Virus record (IMG/VR): IMGVR_UViG_3300021405_000002
Source of the DNA: a virus
DNA length: 45,533 nucleotides
Reading direction: 5' to 3' (one strand)
Shown here: one piece after another, positions 8,287 through 17,678 of the stretch
How positions within the stretch are numbered: position 1 is the stretch's first letter
Layout: every line of letters starts with the position of its first letter
Made by a program: the position numbers and the translations under genes
Notes under the pieces: generated by a model
What the model was told of the DNA's origin: nothing
Seen by the model: the letters and a program-made list of their open reading frames with translations, nothing else
Database searches by the model: none

Positions 8287-9929
8287 GCTCGCAATTCAAA
8301 CCGCTGAGCATTCCGCCTGGCGTCGTCGCGACGGCGACGAAGCAGATGAGCTCGACCAATTACGCCGCCGCCAACATGGTGCGCTGGGTCGAAGGCCAGC
8401 TTTCGCCAGTCGGCGGCCAGGCGAAATACAATTACACCTTCGCCTCGCGCTGCAAGGCGATCCATGGATTCTACGATCTTTCCCAGAATTATCACGTAGC
8501 TTATTTGTGCGAATCGAACCTCTACATCGACACCGGCGGCGCGCTTCTCGACATTACGCCGGTCGACGGCATGATCCCGCCGACGCCGCCGAGCGAGGGC
8601 GGCTATGGCGACGGGCTCTACAACGACGGCACCTATGGCACGCCGCGCTCGATCGGCTCCGATGCGGCGATCGACCGCGTGCCCGACGCTTACAGCCTGA
8701 GCAATTTCGGCGCGGTTCTCCTCGCCATGACCTCGGCTGATGGGCGTCTCCTCTACTGGAATCCAGCCGATCCGCCTGGCACGGTGGCGCAAGTTGTGCC
8801 GCCGAAAGACGCCAACTCCGTGGTGCCGAACGGCCGCTGCTTCGTCGTCACGCCTGAGCGCTTCGTCCAAATTTTCGGCTCCTACAACGACGGCACGCTA
8901 AATGACGGCGGCTCGTTCCGACGCTTCGCCTGGTGCGAGCAAGAGGACTACACGAACTGGAATTACGAAGACACGACGACGCAAGCGGGCTTCATCGATA
9001 TCGAGCCCTCGAGCCCGATCATCACCGCGTGCGCGACTCGAAACGGCACGATTTTTTGGACCGGCAAGAAGGTCTACGTTTCGAGGTTTCTCGGAACGCC
9101 CTTCATCTACAATTTCACCGAGCTCGGTGACAGTTGCACGCCGTGGTCGCCGCAGAGCGTGGTTACGACTTCGAGCATGGTGCTCTGGTTCAGCCAACAG
9201 GGCCCCTACAGCTTCGACGGCACCTCGGTTTTGCCGATCCAGTGCATGGTCCGCGCCTGGGTCGACGATGACATTGATCTTCTCAATGTTCGTGAGCAAG
9301 CGTGCGCGGTGCATGTCGCCAACTTCAACGAATTTTGGTGGTTTTTCCCGCAGGGGCCGCAAATCAATCCGAGCGGATTCAATACCCGCGCCGTCATCTA
9401 TAATTACAAGGAAGGCTGGTGGGGTCAGGCGCAATGCGCCCGCTCGGCCGGGATCACCGCCAGCTACACCAGCCACACGATCATGGCGAACGGGACCGTC
9501 TCGTACGAGCACGAGTACGGCAATCAGTACAACGATTGCGATCTGCCCTGGATCGAGACGTTCGACCTCAACGTTTTCGGCTATGGCGCGAGCACCTCGC
9601 CGTACATGGTGGGCTTCACGGCTGGGAGCACGTTGACCACGGTCAAACAGCTTCTTCCAGACATCAAGGGCGCGGTTAGCAACCTCCTTTATTCGCTGTT
9701 CTACCGCAACAGTCGCAGCCTCGGCACGCCTGAGCTCCAATCCGTTCCTTCGCCGGTGCGCAGCGACGGCTATGTCGACATGCGGGTCACCGGACGCGAC
9801 CTTCGATTGCGCATCGATTTCGCCATTCCGCCTGGTCAGATCGTTAATGGCGTCGCCTCGTCGGGCGCGGTTTATCCGGTGACGGTGGGCCAGCATCTGA
9901 TCGACGCCGTGCCTCGAGGAGACCGATGA
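8283..9929 (+). CDS. Putative tail hub/nozzle protein (by position, P22 gp10-like slot)
   Basis: 548-aa ORF with ATGA coupling to flanking genes, located between the fibres and the needle/ejection genes. Confidence 0.4.
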   Translation: MSSQFKPLSIPPGVVATATKQMSSTNYAAANMVRWVEGQLSPVGGQAKYNYTFASRCKAIHGFYDLSQNYHVAYLCESNLYIDTGGALLDITPVDGMIPPTPPSEGGYGDGLYNDGTYGTPRSIGSDAAIDRVPDAYSLSNFGAVLLAMTSADGRLLYWNPADPPGTVAQVVPPKDANSVVPNGRCFVVTPERFVQIFGSYNDGTLNDGGSFRRFAWCEQEDYTNWNYEDTTTQAGFIDIEPSSPIITACATRNGTIFWTGKKVYVSRFLGTPFIYNFTELGDSCTPWSPQSVVTTSSMVLWFSQQGPYSFDGTSVLPIQCMVRAWVDDDIDLLNVREQACAVHVANFNEFWWFFPQGPQINPSGFNTRAVIYNYKEGWWGQAQCARSAGITASYTSHTIMANGTVSYEHEYGNQYNDCDLPWIETFDLNVFGYGASTSPYMVGFTAGSTLTTVKQLLPDIKGAVSNLLYSLFYRNSRSLGTPELQSVPSPVRSDGYVDMRVTGRDLRLRIDFAIPPGQIVNGVASSGAVYPVTVGQHLIDAVPRGDR

Positions 9930-10075
9930 GAGCCTTGCTGCAGCGTTTCAGATGTCATTTCGGCTGGTGTGGCGGCCATGTCGTTTCGGGCATCCATGCC
10001 AACGTGATTTGGATCGGCTGGCAATGCGATCGCTGCGGCAAAGTGAAGCACTATGCTCCGGATAGGAGTCTTTGA
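9926..10075 (+). CDS. 49-aa Cys/His-rich small protein (zinc-ribbon-like), absent from the ORF track
   Basis: Hand translation: MRALLQRFRCHFGWCGGHVVSGIHANVIWIGWQCDRCGKVKHYAPDRSL. ATGA overlap with the upstream stop and TGATG with the downstream start. Confidence 0.55.
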   Translation: MRALLQRFRCHFGWCGGHVVSGIHANVIWIGWQCDRCGKVKHYAPDRSL

Positions 10076-10353
10076 TGGCGACTTTTCCCTCTCCGCCCGC
10101 CGCTCAAGCGCCGCCTGAGCTTCCGCATGATCCCAAAGTCTCGGACATCTTGGCGAATTATTTGCGCAGTTTTTCGCTTTGGTGCCGGCATGGATTCAGC
10201 GCCAAGCTCGACGCCAATACCGCGCTGCCCGGGATTATGCTGCAAGCCAATGACGCGCCGCCAGGCACAGCGCCTGCCGTGTGGTTGCTGCAGGTTCAGA
10301 GCAACGGAACATTCGTCGCCACGCCGGTGCCGCTTGGAGGCGGCAAGCCGTGA
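10075..10353 (+). CDS. Hypothetical protein
   Basis: The ATG at 10075 overlaps the upstream stop. 92 aa. Confidence 0.55.
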   Translation: MATFPSPPAAQAPPELPHDPKVSDILANYLRSFSLWCRHGFSAKLDANTALPGIMLQANDAPPGTAPAVWLLQVQSNGTFVATPVPLGGGKP

Positions 10354-10709
10354 ACGAGGCTTTCTATCATCGCAAGCTCGCCCGCGCGCTCGACACGCAG
10401 GGCGGCCTATGGGCGCTTGCCGACATCCTCGAGCGAATCAGCGACGGACGGATGCAAAGCTTTGTCCACAATAATTCGTGGATCGTGACCCAGATCTCCG
10501 TTTATCCGCGGAGACGATTGCTGGAAATCGTGGCGGCTATTGGCGATCTCAAGGATTGTCGGATCTTGCACGGCGAGGTTCTAGCCTTCGCCAACAGAAT
10601 GAACGTAGATCTGGTCGCCGCGTACGGGAGGCGCGGCTGGGCCCGCGACGCTGATCGTAACGGCTGGAAGATCAAAACGACCAGCTATCTCTACCATAAG
10701 GATCTGTAG
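10350..10709 (+). CDS. Hypothetical virion-module protein
   Basis: The GTG at 10350 overlaps the upstream TGA (GTGA). 119 aa. Confidence 0.5.
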   Translation: MNEAFYHRKLARALDTQGGLWALADILERISDGRMQSFVHNNSWIVTQISVYPRRRLLEIVAAIGDLKDCRILHGEVLAFANRMNVDLVAAYGRRGWARDADRNGWKIKTTSYLYHKDL

Positions 10710-10711
10710 CC

Positions 10712-11983
10712 ATGGGCGGACAGACCGGCTCTCAGCAACAGCAAACGCAACAAACGACGCAGCTGCCGCCCTGGATCAACGATGCTGCGCAGCAGAATTA
10801 CGCCGTAGCTCAGCAAATCGCCACGACTCCGCTACAGCAATATCAAGGGCAGATGACGCCCAATGTCTCCCAGCAACTGCAGCAAAGCTGGAACACCGCG
10901 GCGACGGCCGGCAACGCGGGTCTGCCGCAGATCAACGCCGCGACCGCCGGCTTTACCGGCGCGCTCGGCCAGACGCCCTCGTCGATTTTGCCGCAGACGC
11001 TCGCCGGCACGAATTTGCAGCCCTACGAGAATCCGTACACGCAGAACGTCATCAACGCGACGCTGCCGATCATGCAGCAACAGCTTGGTCAAACGCTTGC
11101 GACCAACGCCGGCAACGCGGTCAACCAGGGCGCTTTCGGCGGCTCAAGATTCGGGGTTCAGCAAGGCGTGGCCCAGGCTCAGGGCGCGCTTGGCGAAACG
11201 CAAATGGCTGAGCAACTCAACCAGGCGAACTACGCGCAAGCGGTGCAGGGCGCGCAGTACGACATCGGCAACAATATGACTGCGCAACAAGCCAACCAGG
11301 CGGCGCAGCAAGCGAAGATCAATTCCGATATCCAAGCTTCGCAGGGACTGAACGCGACGGCGCAGACCGCGGGCCAGCAAGCCCAGAACGCCTTCACCAT
11401 GCAGAACACCGCTGGCACCCAGCAAATGTCGACGGCGCAGGATCAGATCAACGCCCAGATGCAGAAATTCCAGCAAGCCTGGGGCTATCCGACCCAGGAG
11501 CTCGGCGTCCTGCAGAGCGCTCTCGGCATGACCCCTTACGGCCAATCTACAACAGGTGCGAGCGATACCCAGACCTACACACCCACCGATTGGGCGGCGC
11601 TCGCCGGCGCGGGCATCGGCGCGCTCGGCAACATCTTCAAAGCGCCGACGTCGGATATCCGGCTGAAGAAGAACCTGAAGAAAGTTGGCGTTCACGGACC
11701 GACCGGCATTCCGCTCTACGATTTCAACTGGAAAGGCCAGAAGAAAGGCGCTCCGAAAACCCGCGGACCGATGGCGCAGGACATCGCTAAGGTCATGCCG
11801 CACGCCGTTGTGCAGCATCCGCATACCGGCGTGCTTCACGTTCATCCGACCGTGCTCGGCGCGCTCTCGCGTTCGACGCCGGTGGGCGCGAGCGGCGCGC
11901 TGCGGACACTGACGCCGGTTTCGCGCACCCAGCATCGCCGTCGCGTGCGGCCGCCGCAACTGAGGGGCGCGCTCAGTGGCTGA
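10712..11983 (+). CDS. Gln/Ala-rich needle- or fibre-like protein with C-terminal S74 intramolecular chaperone domain
   Basis: C-terminus TSDIRLKKNLKKV...PLYDFNWK...GPMAQDIAKVMPHAV matches the endosialidase-chaperone (Peptidase_S74) signature. The N-terminal ~310 aa are Q/A/N-rich. Confidence 0.7.
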   Translation: MGGQTGSQQQQTQQTTQLPPWINDAAQQNYAVAQQIATTPLQQYQGQMTPNVSQQLQQSWNTAATAGNAGLPQINAATAGFTGALGQTPSSILPQTLAGTNLQPYENPYTQNVINATLPIMQQQLGQTLATNAGNAVNQGAFGGSRFGVQQGVAQAQGALGETQMAEQLNQANYAQAVQGAQYDIGNNMTAQQANQAAQQAKINSDIQASQGLNATAQTAGQQAQNAFTMQNTAGTQQMSTAQDQINAQMQKFQQAWGYPTQELGVLQSALGMTPYGQSTTGASDTQTYTPTDWAALAGAGIGALGNIFKAPTSDIRLKKNLKKVGVHGPTGIPLYDFNWKGQKKGAPKTRGPMAQDIAKVMPHAVVQHPHTGVLHVHPTVLGALSRSTPVGASGALRTLTPVSRTQHRRRVRPPQLRGALSG

Positions 11984-13541
11984 CGTCAATTCCAACTTCG
12001 ATCCTGCATTTGGGACGCTTGCCGAGAAACTGCGCGCCACGGCGGCGGCGCAAGGCATTACGACGCACTACATTTCCGGCGTCCGTTCGCTCGACGATCA
12101 GAAACAGCTTTACGCCAATTACCAAGCTGGAAAAGCGGGTCAGCCTCTGCCTTATCCAGCGCGCGGTCCGGTGCCGCTCGCGGCTGTGCCAGGCACTTCG
12201 ATGCATGAACGTGGACTCGCCGCCGACATCGAGGCGGATGATCCCAACCAGCAAGCGAAACTGCGAGCGCTTGGCAATCAAATCGGGCTGCGAACGATCG
12301 GACCGAGCGATCCCAACCATTTCGAGATGGCGAGCGCCAACATCCCGAAAGGCGGCGGAGCGCCTGGCGCAATCGCCTTCGCGGACAATCCTGCAGCGTC
12401 TCTCGCCGCGGCGTCGCCCGCGAGCGCGGCGCTGAACAAGGTTGCGGGACCAGGCGCGCCGTCGACGCCAGGTACGACGATCAACGCCGCCAGCGCGCCG
12501 GTGCCTGGCGCGCTCGCCAACCAGGGGCCCGAAAGCGTCGGCTCGAGCGGCTCGACGGCGGCGCAGCCTGGCGATCCGATGGACGTGCGCCAGATCGTTT
12601 TCAACAAGCTCACCGGCGCGGGGCTGCAGCCGCACCAGGCGCTCGGCGCGGTCTGGAGTCTCGCCGGCGAGAGTGGCAAAGGCCTCAATCCAAACGCCTA
12701 CAATCCGAACGATCCCGGCGGCGCAGTCGGCATCGGACAATGGAACCAAGAGCGGCGAACCGCGCTCGAGAATTTCGCTCAGACGCGCAGCACCGCGGTC
12801 ACCGATCCGAACACGCAAGCCGACTTTCTCGTCGACGAGCTCACCAACAAGAACGCCGCGACGTACCAGCCAGGCGTGTTCGCTGCGATGCAGAAGGCCG
12901 GCACAGCCGCGGATGCGACCAAGACTTGGACGACGCAATTCGAGCGGCCGAAAGTCGACAATTCCGACGCAAGAATCAAAAACGGGACGCAAGTTGCGTC
13001 TCTCGACGCCAACGGCAATTTCGTCCTCGGAGCTGGCGGCGGCGCGACTGCGTCCTCGACGGGTACAAGCGGTACAGCGGTCGCCGCCGCGCCGGCGGAT
13101 CAGTCCTGGTGGAGCAAGCTGACCGGCTCGCCGGTCGACGCGCAGGGCAACCCGGTTCAAGGCGGTCAATCGCCGCTGCAGCAACTCACCCAGGCCTCGA
13201 TCGCGAAGCTCGGCAAGGAAGGCCAGACGCCCCAAGAGGAAGCGCCGCAGGATTCTTCGCCCGCCGCGGCGCAATTCTCCAACCAACGCTTTGCGCCCGG
13301 GGCGCGCAATGTTTCGCCTGGCCTCGCCAACGTCCAACAGACCTACGGCACGACGATCAACGCCGCCTCGCAGCCGCTGACCTGGACCGATGCGCCGCCA
13401 GGAGCCCCAAAGCTGCCCGCTGCCGGCCTTCGCGGCCCGATGTACGCTCAGGTGCCAGGGACATCGATCAACTCAGTCCAACCCCTGCCGCAAGGGCTAG
13501 GCTACGGCGTCGACCCTAACATTGGATACGGCTATGGCTGA
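11976..13541 (+). CDS. Ejection/internal virion protein with M15 peptidase and phage tail lysozyme domains
   Basis: SGVRSLDDQ, HERGLAAD and PNHFEM (VanY/M15 zinc ligands). Then GAVGIGQWNQERRTALENFA...DFLVDEL...WTTQFERP (tail lysozyme family). Confidence 0.75.
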   Translation: MADVNSNFDPAFGTLAEKLRATAAAQGITTHYISGVRSLDDQKQLYANYQAGKAGQPLPYPARGPVPLAAVPGTSMHERGLAADIEADDPNQQAKLRALGNQIGLRTIGPSDPNHFEMASANIPKGGGAPGAIAFADNPAASLAAASPASAALNKVAGPGAPSTPGTTINAASAPVPGALANQGPESVGSSGSTAAQPGDPMDVRQIVFNKLTGAGLQPHQALGAVWSLAGESGKGLNPNAYNPNDPGGAVGIGQWNQERRTALENFAQTRSTAVTDPNTQADFLVDELTNKNAATYQPGVFAAMQKAGTAADATKTWTTQFERPKVDNSDARIKNGTQVASLDANGNFVLGAGGGATASSTGTSGTAVAAAPADQSWWSKLTGSPVDAQGNPVQGGQSPLQQLTQASIAKLGKEGQTPQEEAPQDSSPAAAQFSNQRFAPGARNVSPGLANVQQTYGTTINAASQPLTWTDAPPGAPKLPAAGLRGPMYAQVPGTSINSVQPLPQGLGYGVDPNIGYGYG

Positions 13542-14304
13542 CAACAGCGCCAACATCTATCCCTATCCGTTCCAGTTCGATCCCTCGCAATTTTCGAACA
13601 AGTACAGTCCGTACAACGGCGTCCCGCTGCCCAGCTTGGCGAATTACGCCGGCATGCCGACCGACGCGCACGGCAATCCGATCGGCAGCTACCAAGCGAT
13701 CGTGGCTCAGCAACAGGCCGCCACGCCGGGAGCCGCGCCGCCGATGGCTCCGTCGACGTCGATCAACTCGAGTCCATTTTCCGGCGTTCAAATCCCGCAA
13801 GGCCAGAATGACGCGGCCTATCAGCCGCGCGGCGGTTTGAATATGCAACAATGGCAGGCGCTAACGCCGCAGCAGCAACTCGCCGCCGGCGCGTCGCTAG
13901 GTCAGGTTCAAGCTGGCGTAGCTGCGACGCAGCCCGACAGCTTCGTCGCCTCCCACAACAATCCCAGTGGCGGTTCGCCCGGAGCAGGCGCGTATCTCCA
14001 GGGTTTAGGCGCAACCGCTTTCAACCAGATGGCTAACCAACCAGCCGCCGCGCCCCAGGCTCCGTCGACGCCCGCGCCCGACATGGGCAAAGCTTATCTC
14101 CAGGCGCTCGCCAATCCTGGCCAGGTGACCACGCCTGGCGCGACGGTGCCTCAATCCGCATTGCCCTCGAGCCAGTCGGGCGTCCTGCAGCAATTCCTGC
14201 AGAACTGGCAGAACAAGGGAGCCCCAACCACAGGGGCCGGAAACTACAACAACCAAGGGTTCTTCGCAGGACTCCAGGGAGGCCAGAATGCCCAACCCAG
14301 CTGA
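13534..14304 (+). CDS. Gln/Pro/Ala-rich internal virion protein (putative)
   Basis: The ATG at 13534 overlaps the upstream stop by 8 nt. Low-complexity composition typical of ejection proteins. Confidence 0.5.
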   Translation: MADNSANIYPYPFQFDPSQFSNKYSPYNGVPLPSLANYAGMPTDAHGNPIGSYQAIVAQQQAATPGAAPPMAPSTSINSSPFSGVQIPQGQNDAAYQPRGGLNMQQWQALTPQQQLAAGASLGQVQAGVAATQPDSFVASHNNPSGGSPGAGAYLQGLGATAFNQMANQPAAAPQAPSTPAPDMGKAYLQALANPGQVTTPGATVPQSALPSSQSGVLQQFLQNWQNKGAPTTGAGNYNNQGFFAGLQGGQNAQPS

Positions 14305-14590
14305 CATTCTCTCCGAAGAAACCGACGAAGATCCGGAAGACCAACTCCGGATGCAACTGGCTCAGGGTCAGGGCAACAACCTCGCCGGCGCACCGCAACC
14401 GCCCGGGCAAGCCGGCCTGGCGGGCCAGGGGCCGCCGCAGCCGATGGCTCCCTCGCCCAACGTGCCTGGGCCGCTCGCCGCCTTGGCTAAGCGCCCAGGC
14501 AAACCGCATATCAAGCTTAAGAGTCATCCGCCGAAGAAGGGCAAGCCACGCATCAAACTGAGGGCGTCAGCATATGGCGGGACCATTTGA
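14288..14590 (+). CDS. Hypothetical protein (acidic N-terminus, basic C-terminus)
   Basis: 100-aa ORF with good third-position GC in the ejection-protein block. Confidence 0.5.
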   Translation: MPNPADILSEETDEDPEDQLRMQLAQGQGNNLAGAPQPPGQAGLAGQGPPQPMAPSPNVPGPLAALAKRPGKPHIKLKSHPPKKGKPRIKLRASAYGGTI

Positions 14591-16196
14591 TTGGGCCAGG
14601 TACGTCACTGGCGACACCGACAATCCGGAAGAGGACATCGGCCAATGGGCCGACGCCAACCAGAAGCGGAACCGCGCCGCGCTCGGGCTCGACGCCAATG
14701 GCAACCCGTTGCCGGCGGCCGCAGCGGCTCCTGCAGCCGCCGCCGCGCCGACTCCAGCGGGCCCGGGCGCGGCCGCGCAAGACCCGAACGCGCAAGCCGC
14801 AGCCCAAGCGCAAGCCTCGAGCACGCTGCCGCCTAACCAAGAGCCGAACGCGACCAAGACGCCGGTCAGCCTCGGCCACTTGATGATGAACCTGCAGCAA
14901 TACAACGAGCGCGAACAGGGCTTCAATCAGGCGCTCGGCATGGGCTTTGCCGCCTTTGCCCAGCCGCGCGATCGGCAGATGGTCGCGGGGATGTTTAACA
15001 CCACGCCGGCCGATCCGACTAAGATCGCGCAGACGCAGATGAGTCTGAGCACACAGCAACAAGGCCAGGACCGCGCCAACGCCATTAGCATCATCGCTAA
15101 CGATCCGATCAGGGGCCCAGCGCTCGCGGCGCAACTGCATATGGATTGGGGCGCGCTCAAAGCCGGCCTGGTCACCGATCCTGCTATGGCCGGGAAGATC
15201 GCGGAGGCGCTTGGCACGCCGTCCGAAGCGATCCGAAATCTCACCCAGCTTGGCCACATGGGCGGCGGACCTGGCGGACCTGGCGGACCTACCAGACCCA
15301 ACGGAAGCCCGCTGATCAAGGATCTCACGACCGGGATCACGACCAGCATCGCCGGTCCGGAGTCAGCCCCCATGATCTCGGCACAGAACGCCTGGCGCGC
15401 GGCGCATCCTGGTCAGCCGGATTCGGCCATGCCGTGGCAAGTCGGCAATCTGCAATCGTTCAATCAGTACACCACCAACGAGAAGGGAAAGGAGGACGAT
15501 CGCGCTGCAGCGTCGGCGGCTCTTCCCGATAACAATGAAACCGCCATGCGGCTGCAGAATGATCTCGAGACGCTACGAGACTCGCCTGGTTTGAAGAGCA
15601 TCCTTACGACGTCGGGTAAGCGAGCAATCGCTCAGCAAGTCTTGAAAGATCCTAATCAGAACGACGCCGCGACGATTCTGGCGAATAATGTGGGACTAAC
15701 TCAACAAGAAGCAGACGCGATGGCGCTTCTGAAGCGCGTTGGCGGCGCGACGACCGAAACGGCGATGAAGGGCATGGCCGGCACCGGTACGCGCGTTACG
15801 CAAGCGGAGGTTGGACCGCTGAAAGACGCGATCACCACGACGCAGAACCTGAACCAGAGCTACGATTCCTACATCCATGGGGCGCTCGGCAGCGCGATCA
15901 CGCGAGCAAAGAAAACGATCGCCACAAATTTCGGCGCGACCGGCAACGTCAAAAACATGGACCCGCAATATACGCCGTGGTTGGACGACAATTTCAAGCC
16001 TGGCGGCGAGCTCTACAAGGAAGGCGGCGGCGCGGAGGCGCTTCCGGCGGCCAAGCCTATTCCGCCCGATATGTTGGCTCAGGTGAGACAAGAAGCCTCG
16101 AACTATCCCGTTGGGAAAGACGATCTTCTCGACAACCTGCAGCAAGCGGGGTTCGACACAAAGAGGCTGCGTCATATGCCGGTTTCGGGATGGTGA
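14574..16196 (+). CDS. Internal virion/ejection protein (putative)
   Basis: 540 aa. Assigned by position and composition only. Confidence 0.5.
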   Translation: MAGPFDWARYVTGDTDNPEEDIGQWADANQKRNRAALGLDANGNPLPAAAAAPAAAAAPTPAGPGAAAQDPNAQAAAQAQASSTLPPNQEPNATKTPVSLGHLMMNLQQYNEREQGFNQALGMGFAAFAQPRDRQMVAGMFNTTPADPTKIAQTQMSLSTQQQGQDRANAISIIANDPIRGPALAAQLHMDWGALKAGLVTDPAMAGKIAEALGTPSEAIRNLTQLGHMGGGPGGPGGPTRPNGSPLIKDLTTGITTSIAGPESAPMISAQNAWRAAHPGQPDSAMPWQVGNLQSFNQYTTNEKGKEDDRAAASAALPDNNETAMRLQNDLETLRDSPGLKSILTTSGKRAIAQQVLKDPNQNDAATILANNVGLTQQEADAMALLKRVGGATTETAMKGMAGTGTRVTQAEVGPLKDAITTTQNLNQSYDSYIHGALGSAITRAKKTIATNFGATGNVKNMDPQYTPWLDDNFKPGGELYKEGGGAEALPAAKPIPPDMLAQVRQEASNYPVGKDDLLDNLQQAGFDTKRLRHMPVSGW

Positions 16197-16199
16197 CCG

Positions 16200-17444
16200 A
16201 TGGCTGATAGAATCCAGGGTCTGCCTGGCTACCATCGCGCGCAGGACGATCTGCCGCCGACGCAGCCGCAAACCGTTTTCCCTAAGTCGCAAGGGAATCA
16301 GCAACCGGCTGCGCCGGATGCGACGCCTATTCCCGGTTTGCCGGATTATAAACGGGCGACGCCAACATCTTCGACTGCCGCGCCGGCAAGCCAGAACAGC
16401 CTTCTGTACGACATGTTTCATCCAACTGATGCCGATCTTAGCCGGCCTCAGACCTGGCATGATTGGCTGACCAAGACCTACAGTCCCTCCGCGAGCCAGG
16501 TGGGCTCCGCGGCGCTTGACGACGTTTCTTTCGGCACAGCCGACGCTATTCAGTCGAAGATTACAGGCGAGAATGTCGGCAATATCCGCGCTCGCACCGC
16601 GGACGCCCAGGCCGCGCTCGGGCCGATGGGCCCAGTCGTCAATGCGCTGACTTACGCCGTTCCTGGGACCGGCGAACTAAAGTTTGCCGTCACGCCAGGC
16701 AGGCTTATTCACAGCGCTGCGGAGCTCGCCAACGCAGGGCGCTACGGCACGGCGGCAGTGGAAGGCGGCACTGCGGCGGCGCTGAGTTCGGCTGGGCACC
16801 AGGCCGGCGATCCTAACGGCATCGATGCTCTGAAAGTCGCCAAGGACGCTGGCTGGGGCGCGGCGGGCGGCACGGTGATGCAGGGACTAGGCGACGTCAC
16901 CGCGCCTGTGGCGCAGAAGGTTGGAAACTGGGCGACAGGCAAGCCAGGGACAAGCAGCGAACAATGGTCAAGCAACCCGCAAGATAATTGGCGCGCACGC
17001 GCTGCGGCTGGCGATCCGACTCTGCAGGGCGACATTGCGGTTTCCCAGGCGACGCTGCCGCCAGATCATCCAGCGCAGCCGGCGCTCGCCAAGGTGCAGG
17101 GCGCGCTCGCTCAGCCAACGGATCCAGGCAATGTCGCTCATGCCGTGACCGGCGCGGGAGCTTGGTACGGGTCGAAATTACTAGGCGGCGACGAGCTTAC
17201 TCAATTGGCGGCTGGCGGCATATCGCCGTTCGCCTCGAAATATTTCGTCAACAAGCCAGCGCAAATGATTAATACGGTTGATCGCAACATCAACGTCGGG
17301 CAGTCGATGGATCAACTCTATCCGGCGCTGACTAACAATCCGGCGTCAACAACTGACACGTCAGGCTGGGCGAACGCTCTCCGCCAGGGTTGGATTGGCG
17401 GCGAGCGGTCGACCGACCAGGCTGGAGACGCTCAGTGGTGGTGA
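16200..17444 (+). CDS. Internal virion/ejection protein (putative)
   Basis: 414 aa, the last gene of the rightward arm. Confidence 0.5.
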   Translation: MADRIQGLPGYHRAQDDLPPTQPQTVFPKSQGNQQPAAPDATPIPGLPDYKRATPTSSTAAPASQNSLLYDMFHPTDADLSRPQTWHDWLTKTYSPSASQVGSAALDDVSFGTADAIQSKITGENVGNIRARTADAQAALGPMGPVVNALTYAVPGTGELKFAVTPGRLIHSAAELANAGRYGTAAVEGGTAAALSSAGHQAGDPNGIDALKVAKDAGWGAAGGTVMQGLGDVTAPVAQKVGNWATGKPGTSSEQWSSNPQDNWRARAAAGDPTLQGDIAVSQATLPPDHPAQPALAKVQGALAQPTDPGNVAHAVTGAGAWYGSKLLGGDELTQLAAGGISPFASKYFVNKPAQMINTVDRNINVGQSMDQLYPALTNNPASTTDTSGWANALRQGWIGGERSTDQAGDAQWW

Positions 17445-17659
17445 CTGTTTGCGAGTTTGTTCTTTTCCGCTTGCGCGATCATCGCGTAGACCCGCATCTT
17501 ACTTGCCACTAATTCTTCCGGCGTGGCGACATGAGCCGGGGGCTTAGGCTTGGCGGTCAGCTTGTCTACGAAGCTCGCCCACGCCATGAACACAGCGAAG
17601 AGCAAGATCCAGGGGCCGAACACAACGAGGTAGAAGGGGATTTCCTGTAGCACGATCAT
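17432..17659 (-). CDS. Small membrane protein
   Basis: 75 aa with an N-terminal TM segment (IPFYLVVFGPWILLFAVFMAWASF). It is the last gene of the leftward arm and overlaps 16200..17444 tail-to-tail by 13 nt. Confidence 0.55.
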   Translation of the reverse strand: MIVLQEIPFYLVVFGPWILLFAVFMAWASFVDKLTAKPKPPAHVATPEELVASKMRVYAMIAQAEKNKLANSHHH

Positions 17660-17678
17660 TGTCCTTTCGTGCTCTTAT

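Noticed and set aside
8898-16460. Large antisense ORFs in the structural arm (8898..9896, 11144..12058, 11973..13337, 14553..15257, 15696..16460, all minus)
   Set aside because: Their composition is Arg-rich and codon-bias-poor. They lie opposite plus-strand ORFs with recognisable domains and tight start-stop coupling, so they are treated as non-coding shadows. The same applies to 42191..43150 and 37505..38203.
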